NCBI GenBank assembly: GCA_976551045.1 | Contig: CDPCPM010000169.1 | Span: 2,542,001 to 2,606,000 of the forward strand | Direction of reading: 5' to 3' | From: Glaucostegus cemiculus | Lineage: Eukaryota | DNA length: 64,000 nucleotides | Part shown: in pieces, positions 1 to 13,192 of the stretch | Layout: each line of letters opens with the position of its first letter | How positions within the stretch are numbered: position 1 is the stretch's first letter | Program-made: the position numbers and the translations under genes | The notes under the pieces: generated by a model | Databases searched by the model: none | Told to the model about the DNA's origin: nothing | Seen by the model: the letters and a program-made list of their open reading frames with translations, nothing else

Positions 1-29
1 ATTGCATTGGAAGCACTTGTGTAAACAAC

Positions 30-2596
30 TGGGTGAGTGAGCCTTTCAGTTTGCACAGAACAGATTGAAAATATTTTTCTAGTAAATAAAATGATGGAAA
101 TGGATTGTGAGAATGTCCCTACACAACAAAGATGTTATATGGAATTGCAAGAAAGCCTTTCATCTTACTGAAAAGGATTCTACAATGCATGATACATTAG
201 AAGATCTGTTGATGTTATAGAAAGCAGAAGGTACTTTGTTTTGCAGTGATGTGCCAAAATTACAGGATATTTTCAATCCTAAATCAGAAATCGTGGAGAA
301 CTACAAACGTGAAGCTTGGAATCAGAAGTCAGACTGACAGTGAATATATTGTCCTGTTGAAGGACTTGGCTTGTCATTTGGTTAGTAATTTCAGTTTTAG
401 GACTGATAAAGAGTGCAGTAAACTTGGAAGCAAGCAAGGCACTGAAGATTTTAGGCCAGTTGAAGTGTTTAATGCGTCACAATGGTCAGCAAATAGAGCT
501 ACCAACTGATGTACTGCTTATGTTAATTGATCAACAATGGTGGGCAAAGATTGGGTCCTAAAATTGAAGTGATTGAGAAAGTATCTAGGAATGTCCAAGG
601 ATATCTACATATGCGTTATAGGTTACAATCTGTAATGATAGGTGTAAAACCAATCTACCATAAGCCTGATCCTGTCCCATATGTGTGAAGATACAGATTG
701 TAGATGAGTTATGTAAATTAGAATAAATTGGGCATTCCATGAAGATAAGCCAGAGTGACTGGGGAACACCAGTTATGGCAGTACCTAAAGCAGACAGGAT
801 TGTTTGAGTGAGTTTGACTATATGGACAAAATGATGTCAAACAAAGCAATTGACAACAAGGATTATCTGTTGCTTGCCTAACTGGATTTTATATACTGAG
901 CTGGCAAGAGCTAAAGTTTTCACCAAATTTGTTTTGCCATTTACATATACTCAGTATAATGTGGATTAGGAGAGTAAATTGACTGTATTTAACATTTACT
1001 ACAAAGAAAGTGTTTTACTCCTACACAAAGATTCCTTGCAGTGTGGAATTGTCCTTGAAGATCTTTCAAGTTACCATGGTCAAGATGCTACAAAGTACTA
1101 TTGCTATTGTCAATACAATAAACATGATGCGTTTATAACCACAATGACCAAAGAAAAAAGACACATGAAATCATTCATGCAGAAAGTGGTTGTTTATCTT
1201 GGGCTAAGAATAGATGCAAATAGATTGCAATTAGTTGAAGAAAAGGAGGAACCAATTGTGAAGGCTAGGAAACTTTAAAATATTGGTCATTCTTAGGCAT
1301 GGTACCATATTCTAACATGTTTTTGCCAGATTTTTTTAAATATTACTGATGCCATTGCATCAATTGTTGAAGAAAGACTGAAGTGGAATTGGGGAAGTAA
1401 ACAACAAAAGGCATATAGCATATGTAAGAAGAGTCTGAGAAGTCAATCTTTTTTAGTTCATTATTGTACAACACATATGATGAAATGTTTGAACTGCTGT
1501 GAATTATGGAATAGAAGTTTGTATCAACAATATAGACAAAGGTTGTGTTGAGAATGCAAAAGTGGATCATACTCTTGTTTCAAAATGATTACATGATCTC
1601 GTATGAAAATTTAAAAGAAAATGCTCATTTCTTTCAGCATTTTGTTCTTTTTTTTCAGATTTTCAGTATCTACGGTTTCTGCTTTCAAGATGGTTAATGG
1701 AGACATTTTGTTAAGGTTGACATCTAAAAATTCAGATATAGAGAGTGAAAGCATGAGAGTTGAAGATAATTTTCTGACTACAGTAATGTGATTGCAGCTG
1801 ATGAGACACACACAATATTGTTCTAAGTAGAATATATTTAAAAAGAAAACTTGAAAAAGATAGACTAAATTAAACATATGTCCAATGAGGATATGAGATC
1901 ATGCTATTACCTGAAGATATAAATTCCCAACAGAACCAGGGTGTATTAAATGAGTTGTCACACCAAAAATGTTGAGAAGTCAAATTTTATAAGGGATTTT
2001 TGGTCTTGTGAGAATGAAGACAAGAGCCAAAAGTTTTCCATAGTGGCAAAAATATTGAGGAGGTGTTAATGCACTAACTGTTAACAATGTAGAGCCAAGC
2101 CAACAAGGCCAGGAACACATTTGGAGAGGTGGAAATGGCCAACAAAATATTTCCAAAGATTGTATGTTGATTATTGTGAAAAAGGCATTGATAACTTCTC
2201 TGCACTTATAGATAGTAATTCAAAATAGATTTGGGCACATGTACTACTGAAGAATTGAGATGCATTTCCTCATGTTATAACTTAGCAGAAGAACTAGGCC
2301 TTAGTTGTATTCATTTCTATTTTAGACCTTTATGAAACAACTGGTATTAAGTATTGCTTATAGCACTATATCATTCAGCGTCAGATGGTACAGCTGAAAT
2401 ATCAATGAGGACTTTCAAAGAACCACAGAAGAAATGAGTCTTATCAGGATGCTCAAATTTAACAGAGACCTTCATCAGCAAACCTTATGAAACAAAGTTG
2501 TGACTCAGACTGTATAGAGAGGTACAATTCAAACAACATGATAGATTATGTGTATTAACACTACCTAGCAAATTTAACTTACAGAAATGGGATGTA
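30..2596 (+). mobile_element. Degenerate Gypsy/Ty3 LTR retrotransposon internal region (gag, RT, RNase H, integrase), many stops, frameshifts and deletions
   Basis: Translated fragments in order: gag-like RSQTDSEYIVLLKDLACH; RT YHKPDPVPY, SQSDWGTPVMAVPKAD, TELARAKVFTKF, SFMQKVVVYLGLRIDA, SFLGMVPYSNMFLPD, PLHQLLKK; integrase WKWPTKYFQRLYVDY...IDSNSK and YHSASDGTAEISMRTFK (cf. YHPASNGLAERAVQTFK). Confidence 0.85.
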
Positions 2597-3162
2597 AGAA
2601 CATAAAACATAGAACACCACAGTACAGTACAGGCCCTTTGGCCAACAATGTTGTGCCGACATTTTATCCTGCTCTAAGGTCAATCTAACCCTTCCCTCCC
2701 ACCCAGCCGTCCATTTTTCTATCATTCATGTGGATAGCTAAGAGTCTCTAAATGTCCCCAATGTATCTGCCTCCACCACCTCAGCCGGCAGTGCGTTCCA
2801 CGCACCCATCATTCTCTGTGTAAGATACTTACCTCTGACATCCTCCCATACCTTCTTCCAATCACCTTGAAGTGATGCCCCCTTGTGTTAGCCATTTTTG
2901 CCCCGTGAAAAAGTCTCTGACTGTCCACTTGATCTATGCCTCTTATCATCTTGTAGACTTCTACCAAGTCACCTCTCATCCTCTATCTCTCCAAAGAGAA
3001 AAAACACAGCTTGCTCAACCTATCCTCATAAGACATGCTCTACAATCCAGGCAACATCCTGGTAAGTCTCCTCTGCACCCTCTGTAAAGCTTCCACATCC
3101 TTCCAATAACGAGGTGACCAGAACTGAACACAATTCTCCAAGTAGAGGCTAACCAGAGTTTT
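2597..3162 (-). mobile_element. CR1 LINE 3' fragment inserted in the Gypsy element
   Basis: AACATAG-type tail, CR1 3'UTR (GGCCCTTTGGCC), and ORF2 C-terminal sequence (CVQFWSPRYWKDVEALQRVQRR on the minus strand). Confidence 0.9.
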
Positions 3163-3360
3163 GGAGTGATATTACAGTTATTCAGAGCAAAGAAAAACCT
3201 TGGGAATAGAAGAGATAAAATTAGAAGTGAACGTGTAAATCATTTAGTTCTAGCAAGTTATGTGAAAGAAAATTAAAGAACTATGTGATTATGAGTGCAC
3301 TTTAGAAGTTGACCCAATGGAGACTGTGGGAGAAATGACACAAAATTCTGCTGAAGTAGT
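3163..3360 (+). mobile_element. Probable continuation of the Gypsy integrase C-terminal region
   Basis: Purine-rich decayed coding-like sequence resumes after the CR1 insertion; GAACGTGTAAATCATTTA (ERVNHL) resembles the Gypsy RHVDHL motif. Confidence 0.4.
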
Positions 3361-3667
3361 GAAGTAGTGACAGCCTCAGGTCAAGAATTGGATTTGCCGC
3401 CTATGACGCAAGTTCCTTTGAGCAGGACACTTTTCTTTCTGAGCTTGACCCCCATATGCCTTTACTTCTTCTCTGCTGCAGGATGGTGGAAGGCTGTTGA
3501 CTTAAACTTGGAGACTTCAGATGGGCCTGGAGAGCAACCTTGAGCTCACCCTGGCCTATAAGGCTGGATTTAGACTCCAACTTCTCCAACTGGTTTGCAG
3601 CAGCCTGGGCTGATTGACTGATAACCATTAGTGGATTGACAGATATGGCAGCAGGGATAAAAAACAT

Positions 3668-5010
3668 TAGAATATGAAATAGCAGGAGGCTATTCAGCTC
3701 TTCAACCCGCTCCATTGTTCGAAGTATTCATCATAGATCTTTAACCTCAGCATGATTTTCCTGCACTAGCCCTATATCCCATGATTTACCTAATACCCAA
3801 AATTTCATCAATCTCTGCCAAAGGGCTTATGTATGATGAGCGTCTTGTCGGCACTTGGACTGTACTCACTGGAGTACAGAAGAATGAGAGGGGACCTGAT
3901 AGAAACATTTAAAATGTTGAAAGGACTGGACAGAGTAGATGTGGCCAAGCTGTTTCCCTTGGAGGGGAGTCAAGGACCAGAGGGCACAAGCTTAGAATTA
4001 GAGGGTACAGGTTTAAAATATAGATGAGGAGAAATTTCTTTAGCCAAAGGGTGGTGAATTTATGAAATTCCTTGCCACAGAAAGCAGTGGAGGCCAGATC
4101 ATTGGAGGTGTTTAAGAAGGAGATAGATAGATATCTAATTAGTCAAGGTATCAAGGGATACGGAGATAAGGCTGGAATTTGGGGTTAGAATAAGTGTTTT
4201 TTTTCTTTTCCCCCACCCCCTTCCCTCTGGAGCAGACTCGATGGGCTGAATGGCCTACTTCTGCTCCCTTGTCTTGTGATCTTGTGATCTTGTGATGACT
4301 GAGCCTTGTAAGCTCCCTGGAAATGGATTTCCAAACATTCACTAACTTCTGTGTGAAGAATTTTTTTTTGCATTTCGGGCCTGAATGGCTGACACCTGAC
4401 CTTGAGACTGTGACCTCTGGTTCTAGATGGCCTAGCAGGGTAAAGATTAACTCTGCATCTTTTGGTATGCTTCAATGAGATCACCCCTTTATATAGCCCT
4501 GATCCACAATCTCTTCTTATAGGACAAACTCCTGATCTCAGGAATCAATCAGGTGAAGTTTCACTGCATTTCTCTACGCAAGTATATCCTTCAATGAATA
4601 GGGAGACCAGATCAGTACGTAGTGTTCAGGTTGCAGTCTCACAATAGCTTGTATACTTCCATTTGAACGTCTTTACTCTTGTAATCAAATCCTCTTGTGA
4701 TAAAGGGCAGCATCTTATTTGATGTCTTAATTGCTTGCTCTATCTATGGGTTATCCTTCAGTGACTTGTGTAAGAGGATGCCCAGATCCTTCTGAAAACT
4801 AATGCCTGATGGCTGCAACCACAAAAGACAGATGTGCTGAACATGATTTTCCTTTCATAAATCCATCTTTAGTCTGCCCAACCTTAATACTATTTTCTTA
4901 GTGCCCTGTACCCCTCCCTTAACAATTCATTTGAGCAATTTCCTTCCAAATTATGTCAGATTAACTGATTTCTTTTAGCCATTTTCTTTCTCCCTCCTTT
5001 CTTAAATCAT
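3668..5010 (-). mobile_element. Older CR1 LINE 3' portion, split by a younger CR1 at 3820-4296
   Basis: CR1 3'UTR at 3668-3819; ORF2 resumes at 4297 (SRTRGHSLKVRCQPFRPEM); RT remnants extend to about 5010. Confidence 0.8.
3820..4296 (+). mobile_element. Young CR1 LINE 3' end with (TTGTGATC)n tail
   Basis: LGLYSLEYRRMRGDLIETFKMLKGLDRVD, CR1 3'UTR and tail TTGTGATCTTGTGATCTTGTGAT; closely similar to 53730-54196. Confidence 0.95.
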
Positions 5011-7767
5011 ATAGTTGTCTTGAGAGATGAAAACAGGTTTGAGTAATTGATGGGCGGTTGTGACACAAAGAAGCTCCTTTGAATTGTAGTAGCCAGTACC
5101 ATTATCTAGTTGAAGGGCAGCGTTTGTCCTGCAGTGGAAGCCATAACATTGGTGATCAGATACTGCAACATGGTGCATTCATTGGTTGATGGGAGTGACC
5201 AGGCTGGAACAGACTGGAAGAAAATAGGAAAGCTTCAATTAACTCATACCCTTTCAGAAGGTTATGTTAATTGCATAAAGCATTCTAAGATCGTCAAGCC
5301 TGTTTTGTGGTTTCAGTTAGTTTCTCCCCCATATCAGTTTTTGACTGCACTTTCTAAACCTTCAGTCCTGTAAAATTCGAATTAGCAAAGGAGAAGTACA
5401 ACCAGAAATGTGACAGAGCTGTCTGGTTGTGTGAAGCAGGAGTAGGGCTGACATAGTCTAGTTATCTCCAGACTAGAAGTCCTAGGCATTACATTTTAGT
5501 GAAAGATAATTCATCCCACAGAAGCATAAACACTGTAAATTTATCTCTACTGTAGAAAGTAACTTATTTTATTGCTTGATATATTTAATAGTCAATATCT
5601 TACTTAATCCTTAGTATTACATTGCAGCATTATGAAATATGAGGTAGAAACAATTAATTGCCATTAATTGGGTTGCTTTCAATGGTAGCATAACATAATT
5701 TGTGGTAAATATGTGGAAATATAACAAGTTTCAAGTGTGCTCTTTGGACAACATCTGCAGGACTTCTTAAAATAAAGATAAAAATAATTCTGAGTATTCT
5801 GCACTGAAAGGGAGACCAAAGGAATCCCTCAGAAACAGCATAAAAGATTAAAAGCTGTTGTTTATGCAACTTCTCTGAGGTTTTGCAGATCCCTTGATGA
5901 GGTTATGGCAGGACACCAGAAAAGAACGAAAACAAGAGGTGGAAATGCTCTTGCTGTGACTGCTCCAGTGGCCAGCTCCTTCAGACCTCTTGAGGCAGCT
6001 ATGTGCTGTCCTCCATGCTGCTCTCCTACCTCCTCCAGCTCCATAGGGAACCCCCCTGGACTACCCAGCCAAACTTCGAGGCAGCCAGTAGCAGTACACT
6101 ATTAACCTTCTTTTTGAGTGGCTTTCCAATCATAAATAAAATGAGAAAATGCCAAGAAATTATTGAGTAATTTGAAATGGCATTACATCCAACCAATAGG
6201 TTATGCACCATCCTTTAAATAAAGATTTGTTTGACTTCAAATATTACTTTCAATATTTACAGTACAAAAATAATACATAATCGACATCAAGACTGAATTT
6301 AATTTCACCTTTCCCGGGATTTCGATGCAGACCTTTACAGGGAACTTTCAACTATTATCTTACAGAAATAAAATTATTGTATGTTAAGTTAAGAATTATG
6401 AACCTTTAAGTCACTTTTGTCTAACCAGGATGCATTTTAAAATTAGCCAAGAAAAAGAATGAGTGCATTCTGTTGAAAGTCATATTCTCAAAACCTACAA
6501 ATCAAAATAGTTTAAGGTTGTTGCTTGATAGGTTTCGGAGTGGGCAATCTACTTTCTTTTTAATGGGCTCCCTTATCTACATTTTCCATATGCCGAAAGT
6601 CTGACCTTTAAAACAGACATCATTTCTTTCACTTAGTTCTATATCCTATAATATGCAGCTATTAATTACTGATGTTTGTAGTGAAGTTAAATCAGGAACA
6701 AAGCAGACATCAAACCCCAAAGCCATATTATCTCTCTATTTTCCCTCCAACTCGTCTGAGAAGTTTTAAACTTGACAAAAAATGGTAAACTGAAACGCCT
6801 GTTATTTTATATCATAAATATTGTGCATCAACATTACTTTCTCAGTCAAAGTTTCAGATTGTGGGAAGGTTGATGATCTGGTAGCAATTAATAACATATT
6901 TAGAAGGCTGTTCTTTAAGTTTCGACGGTACAGTCTCTTTCCATTTCTCTCACATCCAACATGTGTGAAAGTCTCAAGATTAAGGAAGCTGATGGTGTGG
7001 TTAAATACAGGCAGTCAGAAACAACCTTGATCAATGATGACCAGAGTCAGGTAGTTTAACCACCACTGTGACAAATGAGAGAGCTATGGATTTGTGCAAG
7101 GAAGAAGAAGGGTAATTTAAATTGGTACCAATTTAAAGCCCAACTCTCAGTTGCTGCATACACATTATCTCCAGTTTAGCAGTGACAGCTTTTGTGTGCA
7201 TCTGAGTACCTCACTTTGCAGAGATAAGTTAGTGATTATAATGTATCAATGAATCTCAGGCACTGGGAGCCTATAGCATTTATCTGCAACAAACCAGGTT
7301 TCTCAGAGCGCAGGAAAACCTCAATCATTCTCTCTTTTGTAATAAGAGAAAAATCTACCTCTCCAATCTCATCATGATTGGCTTCTGTTCCACAGTCTGG
7401 TAATGGCTTTCCCCTTCTACCTCTCCAGCACTGCCATTAACTCCTCAGGGTAGGTCAGGGGCCTTGAGCATTAGTAAGGACATGCCTTCCAATGAAAAGC
7501 CTTGACTGACAAAAGAGGAAGGAACTTCAATAGATGTTAGTGATAATTTGATGCTTGTTAATATGGACATACTTTGCCCATTGAACCTGTTCTGCTGTCC
7601 ACTGAAATCATGGTTAATCTGTGATCTAATTCCATACATTCAAGTTAGTTCTCCATCTCTTGATACCTTTAATAAATCACTTAGAAATAATTGTCACTTT
7701 TGGAAGACAGTTTCAAACTTTTACCATCCTTTGCATGCAAGAGTATTCCTAATATTATCCCTGATGT

Positions 7768-8565
7768 AATTTGGAATTGGAATTGAAATTGGTTTATTAT
7801 TGTCACATGTACCAAGGTACAGTGAAAAATGTGTCTTGCATACCGCTCATACAGATCAATTCATTAAACAGTGCATTGAGGTAGTACAAGGTAAAACAAT
7901 ACAGAATGCAGAGTAAAGTATAACAGCTACAGAGAAAGTGCAGTGCAGGTAGACAATAAGATGCAAGGTCATAACGAGGTAGCTTGTGAGGTGAAGGGTC
8001 CATCTTGTACTTGGAAACGGTTCAAAGTCATATAACAGTGGGGTAGAAGCTGTCCTTGAGCCTGGTGGTACGTGCTTTCAGGCTTTTGTATCTTCTGCCT
8101 GATGGGAGAGGGGAGAAGAGAGAATGTTCCAGATGGGTGGGGTCTTTGATTATGCTGGCTACTTCATCGAGGCAGCGAGAAGTATAGACAGAGTCCAAGG
8201 AGGGGAGACTTGTTTCCATGATGTGCTGAGTTGTCTCCACGACTCTATGCAGTTTCTTGCAGTCCTGAGCAGAGCAGTTGCCATACCAAGCCATGATGCA
8301 TCCAGATAGGAGGCTTTCTATGGTGCATTGATAAAAGTTGGTGAGTGTCAAGAAGGACATGTCAAATTTCTTTAGCCTCCTGAGGAAGTAGAGGTGCTGG
8401 TGAGTTTTTTTGGCTGTGGTATCTATGTGTAGACCAGAATAGGCTATTGGTGATGTTCATTCCTTGGAATTTGAAACTCTCAACCCTCTCGACCTCAGCA
8501 CCATTGACGTAAACAGGTGTATGAACATCGTGCCCCCTCCCACCTTCCTGAAGTCAATGACTGGT
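7768..8565 (-). mobile_element. Rex1/Babar-clade LINE 3' fragment (RT C-terminus, DUF1891-like, plus 3'UTR)
   Basis: LTNFYQCTIESLLSGCIMAWYGNCSAQDCKKLHRVV...LFSPLPSGRRYKSLKARTTRLKDSFYP; minus-strand tail GGTACATGTGACAATAATAAACCAATT followed by CCAATT-like repeats. Confidence 0.9.
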
Positions 8566-8599
8566 TCTAGGCTAAATCTTTTAGACCATGACTCCCCAA

Positions 8600-8711
8600 G
8601 CAGTCGACTGTTCATTTCCCTCCATAGATGATGCCTGACCCACTGAGTTCCTCCAGCGTTTTGTTTATGCTTTACCAGATTTCCAGCATCTCCAGTCTCT
8701 CTTGTGTCTCC
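8600..8711 (+). mobile_element. Penelope-like element pseudo-LTR fragment
   Basis: GTCGACTGTTCATTTCCCTCCATAGATGATGCCTGACCCACTGAGTTCCTCCAGC...CCAGATTTCCAGCATCT; same family as 36577-36775 and 57805-58060. Confidence 0.8.
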
Positions 8712-9299
8712 AAGTAGTGGAAATAACTTATATCTAATTTAACAGTTCAACTTAGCAGTGATCAAATTAATGTTAAGTTGCGCTGATAGATTAGATATAA
8801 ACTAAATTCTGGGAAATTCATAATTCTAAGGAATTCCACAGTGTTTTGTGCAAACTCTCTTCATAATAGAACTCTTGGAGTCCAGATATCATTCTGGTGT
8901 ATCTAATGCCAACAGTATTTCCTTCCTAAAATGTACATTGACCTGCTCCTTGTACTTCAGCTGTTTTCTCTCAAGGCTTTGCTTAATAAAGTCATGGGGA
9001 AATACAGCAGTGAAACGTGCCTTTCTGCCCATCCATCTGCACCAACCATCAACCACCCAATTTATACTAATATTACATAAACTGTGGCATAATCCCTACC
9101 CTATTGTTTTCTTTCCATTAGATGGACCCCACATTTCCTTGGACATCTATTATTTTATCATATTTATAAAATATAATGATCAATCCATTTTAGGTTCCTG
9201 CCTGCATTGATGCCTTTTTGTTAAAATTGTGCTCATTCTTTGAATGTATTAATGCCTCTGTGATATTATGCTTCCATCCCACACTGCCAAACATGTGAG

Positions 9300-10058
9300 A
9301 ACTTTAAAGAAAATGAGAATACTCCTGTGGTGTAAGAATCCTTGAACTCTAACAAAGTCCATTGCAGAGTATCATCCACTCCTGCCACTCTGCCTACATG
9401 CCGGTCTGTTCAATAATTTGTCTTCAGTTCCTCTGCTTCAACTTTCACAGTCTACAATGGGAGACTATACAGATTGCCTTCTGGAACTCCATGTAAATAA
9501 CTTACATGGAAATTTATTTGTTCAATATTTAATCCAAAAAAATCAGTCAGGTTTGTCAGGCATGACCAATCCTTTACAGGTCAATGCTGGCATTTCTGAT
9601 TAGCTGTCAATTTTAAGGTCTTTAGAGGTTCTATCCTTAATTATAGACTCATTTAAGTTCTCAACAACAGATGTTCATCAACTGGTCAACGACTGCTTGT
9701 TTTCTCATTCCCACCTTTTCTAAATAATTGAATTTAATGTGTAATTTTCAACTTTAAAGGAAATGTTCCAGAATCAAGAAATCAGACATCTGCAATTGTA
9801 ATATTTGTAATATTGGCTGTGAGCAATCAGTTTTGCTTTAAGGTCGTCAACCTTTTAAGGATTGTTTTGTGTGACTAGCTGCTTTTTGGTCTGCAACAAT
9901 ATGTGCAGAAATTCCAGAGGTAGTCCATAAATAAACAACTCACTCTTTGAGCTCCTCATGTCTCATGTGTATCCATCAGTGAACTCTGCAATGGACTTTG
10001 TTGGTGGTTTAGAACTCACTGAGCATAGACACACAGCAGTATTTGCACTTCCTTTAGA
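9300..10058. repeat. Imperfect inverted repeat (~70-80 bp arms, 20-bp perfect core) enclosing an old CR1 fragment; possible ancient MITE
   Basis: AACAAAGTCCATTGCAGAGT (9351-9370) is the exact reverse complement of 9983-10002. The outer flanks 9303-9332 and 10026-10056 are also similar in inverted orientation. An old CR1 RT remnant lies at about 9410-9790. Confidence 0.6.
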
Positions 10059-10239
10059 ACTGAAGAGCGCACTAGAAGAATGGCTGCAGCACAGAAGAGG
10101 GAATTTGGCTCATCAATTCAATGCCAGCTTCCAGTAGAGTAAAATTATCAGCACCACTTCCCTGCTTTTTATCCTGAAGCCCAACATATTATTTCCTCCC
10201 AGTAAATTCAAGCTGATAACCACTCGCTACATAAAGAAC

Positions 10240-10900
10240 ATTAGTACCAGAAGAAGGAGTAAGCCATTTGGCCTCATTCAATAAGATTACCTGCTCTAAT
10301 CCTATATCACTTGATTCTCTTAGTATCTAAAATGAACGGAAGCCATCTGGCCCTGGATATTAACCACTCTTTAGTTTAAATATTTTCTTCATTACCTTCA
10401 TTACTATGATTATATTAATTTGGGTGAGTTCAAACTTTGATTCACTATAAGTGTGCTACCATCTTTGCCTATTGTAACTAATAATACAAAATAATCATTC
10501 AGCACATCCATCATCTCCTTATTTTCATTACAAATCATAGTTTTAGAAGTCCCCGTTATTTTCGGGCATCCTATTTTCAATAACGTAAAAGAAATTGTGA
10601 TAATTTTGATAATTCTTGCGATTCTTCTTTTTTGTAACATTTTATATCTGCTTTCACAAACTTTGTTATTTTTTCACCTTTCCCTGTAACCAGGATCTAT
10701 TGCCAGATTTTGTACTTTTGTCAACTTTTTCTTTTCATTTTATGCTCTCATTTACCTCTTCAGTCACCCATGGTTTTTTTGGCAAGTAGAGCTCTTTCTC
10801 TTCAGAGCCATAGACTGATTCTGTATTACATTAAGTTTTTTTTTTGAACACCCCATGCTGATCTTCTATTGATTTATCTACTCATTTTTGTCAAGTAATT
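10240..10900 (-). mobile_element. Old CR1 LINE fragments
   Basis: CR1 3'UTR-like AGAAGGAGTAAGCCATTTGGCC; ORF2 linker-like ENKEMMDVLNDYFVLL. Confidence 0.6.
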
Positions 10901-11019
10901 TCACATGGCAAGGAAAGAATCTGAATTCATAAATCTGCCTGATCCCAGATCAAATTTTTCCAACCTTACACCAATATGAACACATTGTTGCAGTCATGAT
11001 TCAGTGGAAGCCAACATGT

Positions 11020-11480
11020 CTCTGAGACAGGAGTTGTGGAATCAAGGCCAACACCAGAGGCTTGAGTTGATAAACTTCAGTGCAGTACCTAGGGATTGCC
11101 GCATAGTCTCAGAACTGAGGTTAAGTTCATTCCCAGTCAAATAGCATCTTGTATGTGTCATACTCAGCTTCTGAAATTCAAATTCATTGAATCCAGTGAA
11201 AGTTAATTATAGAAGTAGAGTAGGAATTGCAGCCACAATGCACATGATTGAGGATGTTTTTAAAATGTAGCATTAGATTGAGATCTTGTCTATTGGCTGA
11301 GGTGGAGATAAAAAATGTCCCATGACACTATTCAAGAAGTGCTGAGAAGTTCTTCTGGCATCCTGCCACTTTTTAACCAAACAAAATATCTCACATTTAT
11401 TTTATGGTTGTTTGTAAGTTTGTGGGTGCTAATGTGGTGTACATCATTAATCTTTCCAATATGGTGATCAAGGTAGCTAA
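11020..11480 (+). mobile_element. Ancient DeuSINE-type SINE (SacSINE/AmnSINE-like) fragments
   Basis: Core-like GTCCCATGACACTATTCAAGAAGTGCTGAGAAGTTCTTCTGGCATCCTG resembles the Deu core GATCCCATGGCACTATTCGAAGAAGAGCAGGGAGTTCT; head-like sequence near 11030-11120. Confidence 0.55.
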
Positions 11481-11989
11481 TGCAAATAAATGCATCCACA
11501 TCAGATGCCATATCAGGGCCAATCTGACATCTGTAATATTCAGACAATGGGTATTAAGCAGCTGAATTTTATGGTCAGGATAAAGTATGTTTAAAACATA
11601 CATGAAATCTTGATTATTAGGCCAGATTTATTACTCACCTCATTCTGATTCAGGTGACAGCTTTCTCACTGTTAATATTTGAAGATTAAATGAGTATTTG
11701 AATTCAGCTGGATCGCCAAATTTAGATGCAGATGACAGAATATAAGGTCATACCCCAAAAGCAAACCTTCCATTTGACAAGGGGAACTCCATTGCTTATA
11801 TCACGCTTGAGATTCAGTCAAATTGTAAATCATTTTGGCATCTGTCCAGCAGTATGCTTGCTCCCTGGGATATGAACTCCAATCTACCAAAACCTATACA
11901 GCATCAGCCCTTTATGACTCAACCTCCTCAGAAAATTGTATCACCATCTGTGGAAATTATCACAAATTACAATTGGAAATGAAAGATTG

Positions 11990-13192
11990 TTTATTTCCTT
12001 TTCATTCACTGAATGTGAGTTTTGCCAGCAAGACCAGCATTTATTGGTCATCCCTAAATGGCCTCAAGAAGGGAATGGTGCACTTCCATCTTATATCACT
12101 TCAGGCTTTGTGATTAAAATAGACTAATGAGGCTATAATTAGCCAGCTTGTACCTGAGGAGGATGTACTTGGGTCATTTTTTAAATTTTGTTGTGTAGAT
12201 GTCAGTGTTGCTGTTGTACTGGAAAATCTTAGCTGGAGATGTGGCTTGTTCTGGAGCACAGGTCTTCAGCTTAACATCTGGGATGTTGATGGGCCTTTCT
12301 CTATCCAGATCACTCAGTTGTTTCTTGATACCACATGGAGTTAATCAAAGTAGTTAAGGCAGACTTCCGTTAATAAGGAGATATCAGGAGGATGCCAAGA
12401 TGGATCATCCACTTGGCATTTCCATCTGAAAATATTTGCAAATGATTCAGCCTTGTTTGTTACATGCATTGTTACACACTGTCTACACACTGGATTTGTC
12501 AAGACTGCAAAACTTTGCATTGATTGTTGGATTGCTTAATCAAGTAGGAAACTCTCAGGGCTATTCTCTCTCAAATAACTCCCATTATTTCTGCCTGTGA
12601 GTTAGGTGGCCATCTCCGGAGGAATGCTGATGGAACAGCATTGAAAAATGATTGAAACATCCGATTCCATAAATAATACAATCTAAGGCTTTTATTTGGT
12701 AATGTTGTGAGACAGCTCTCCCAGCACTGGCATATCTTCAAATGTTAATGATTGCACTATGTGTGCCTTTGTTGTGTGCAATTCCTGTGTTGGTGCTGGG
12801 GTGGTCTGGCTGGTGCTTTTCTTTTATTGTTTTCTTTTTAGCGGTTTGATACAACTGAGTGGTTTGCAAGGCCATTTGAGCGGGCAGTTATGGGTCAACT
12901 CACACTGCTGTGGTCTGGAGTCACATATAGACCAGATTTGGTAAGGACAGCAGATTTCCTTCCCTCAACGATATGAATGAGACAGATGGGGTTTTAATGA
13001 CAATCTATTAGTTTCATATGTCATTATTATTATTAGCCAGTATTATTGACACTAGCCTTTTATTCCAGATTTATTTAATTAACTGCACTCAAATTCCACA
13101 GCTGCTGTGGTGGAATTTGAACACGTCTCCAGATCATTAATCCAGGCCTTTGGATTACTAGTCTAATAACATAACTACTATGCTACTGTACC
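11990..13192 (-). mobile_element. Internally deleted old LINE, tentatively RTE-X-like
   Basis: 3' end CAGCATTTATTGGTCATCCCTAAATGGCCTCAAGAAGG; decayed ORF pieces; 5' segment (GGTCTGGAGTCACATATAGACCAGA...GGATTACTAGTC) recurs at about 27880-28400; related 3' end on + at about 37980-38095. Confidence 0.55.

Noticed and set aside
5862-6105. GC-richer patch with short overlapping ORFs
   Set aside because: No recognisable motif and only a weak splice donor; possibly a decayed transposon.
11631-11690. Strong minus-strand donor GAG|GTGAGT with a possible 30-nt exon
   Set aside because: Stops in all three frames and a weak acceptor.
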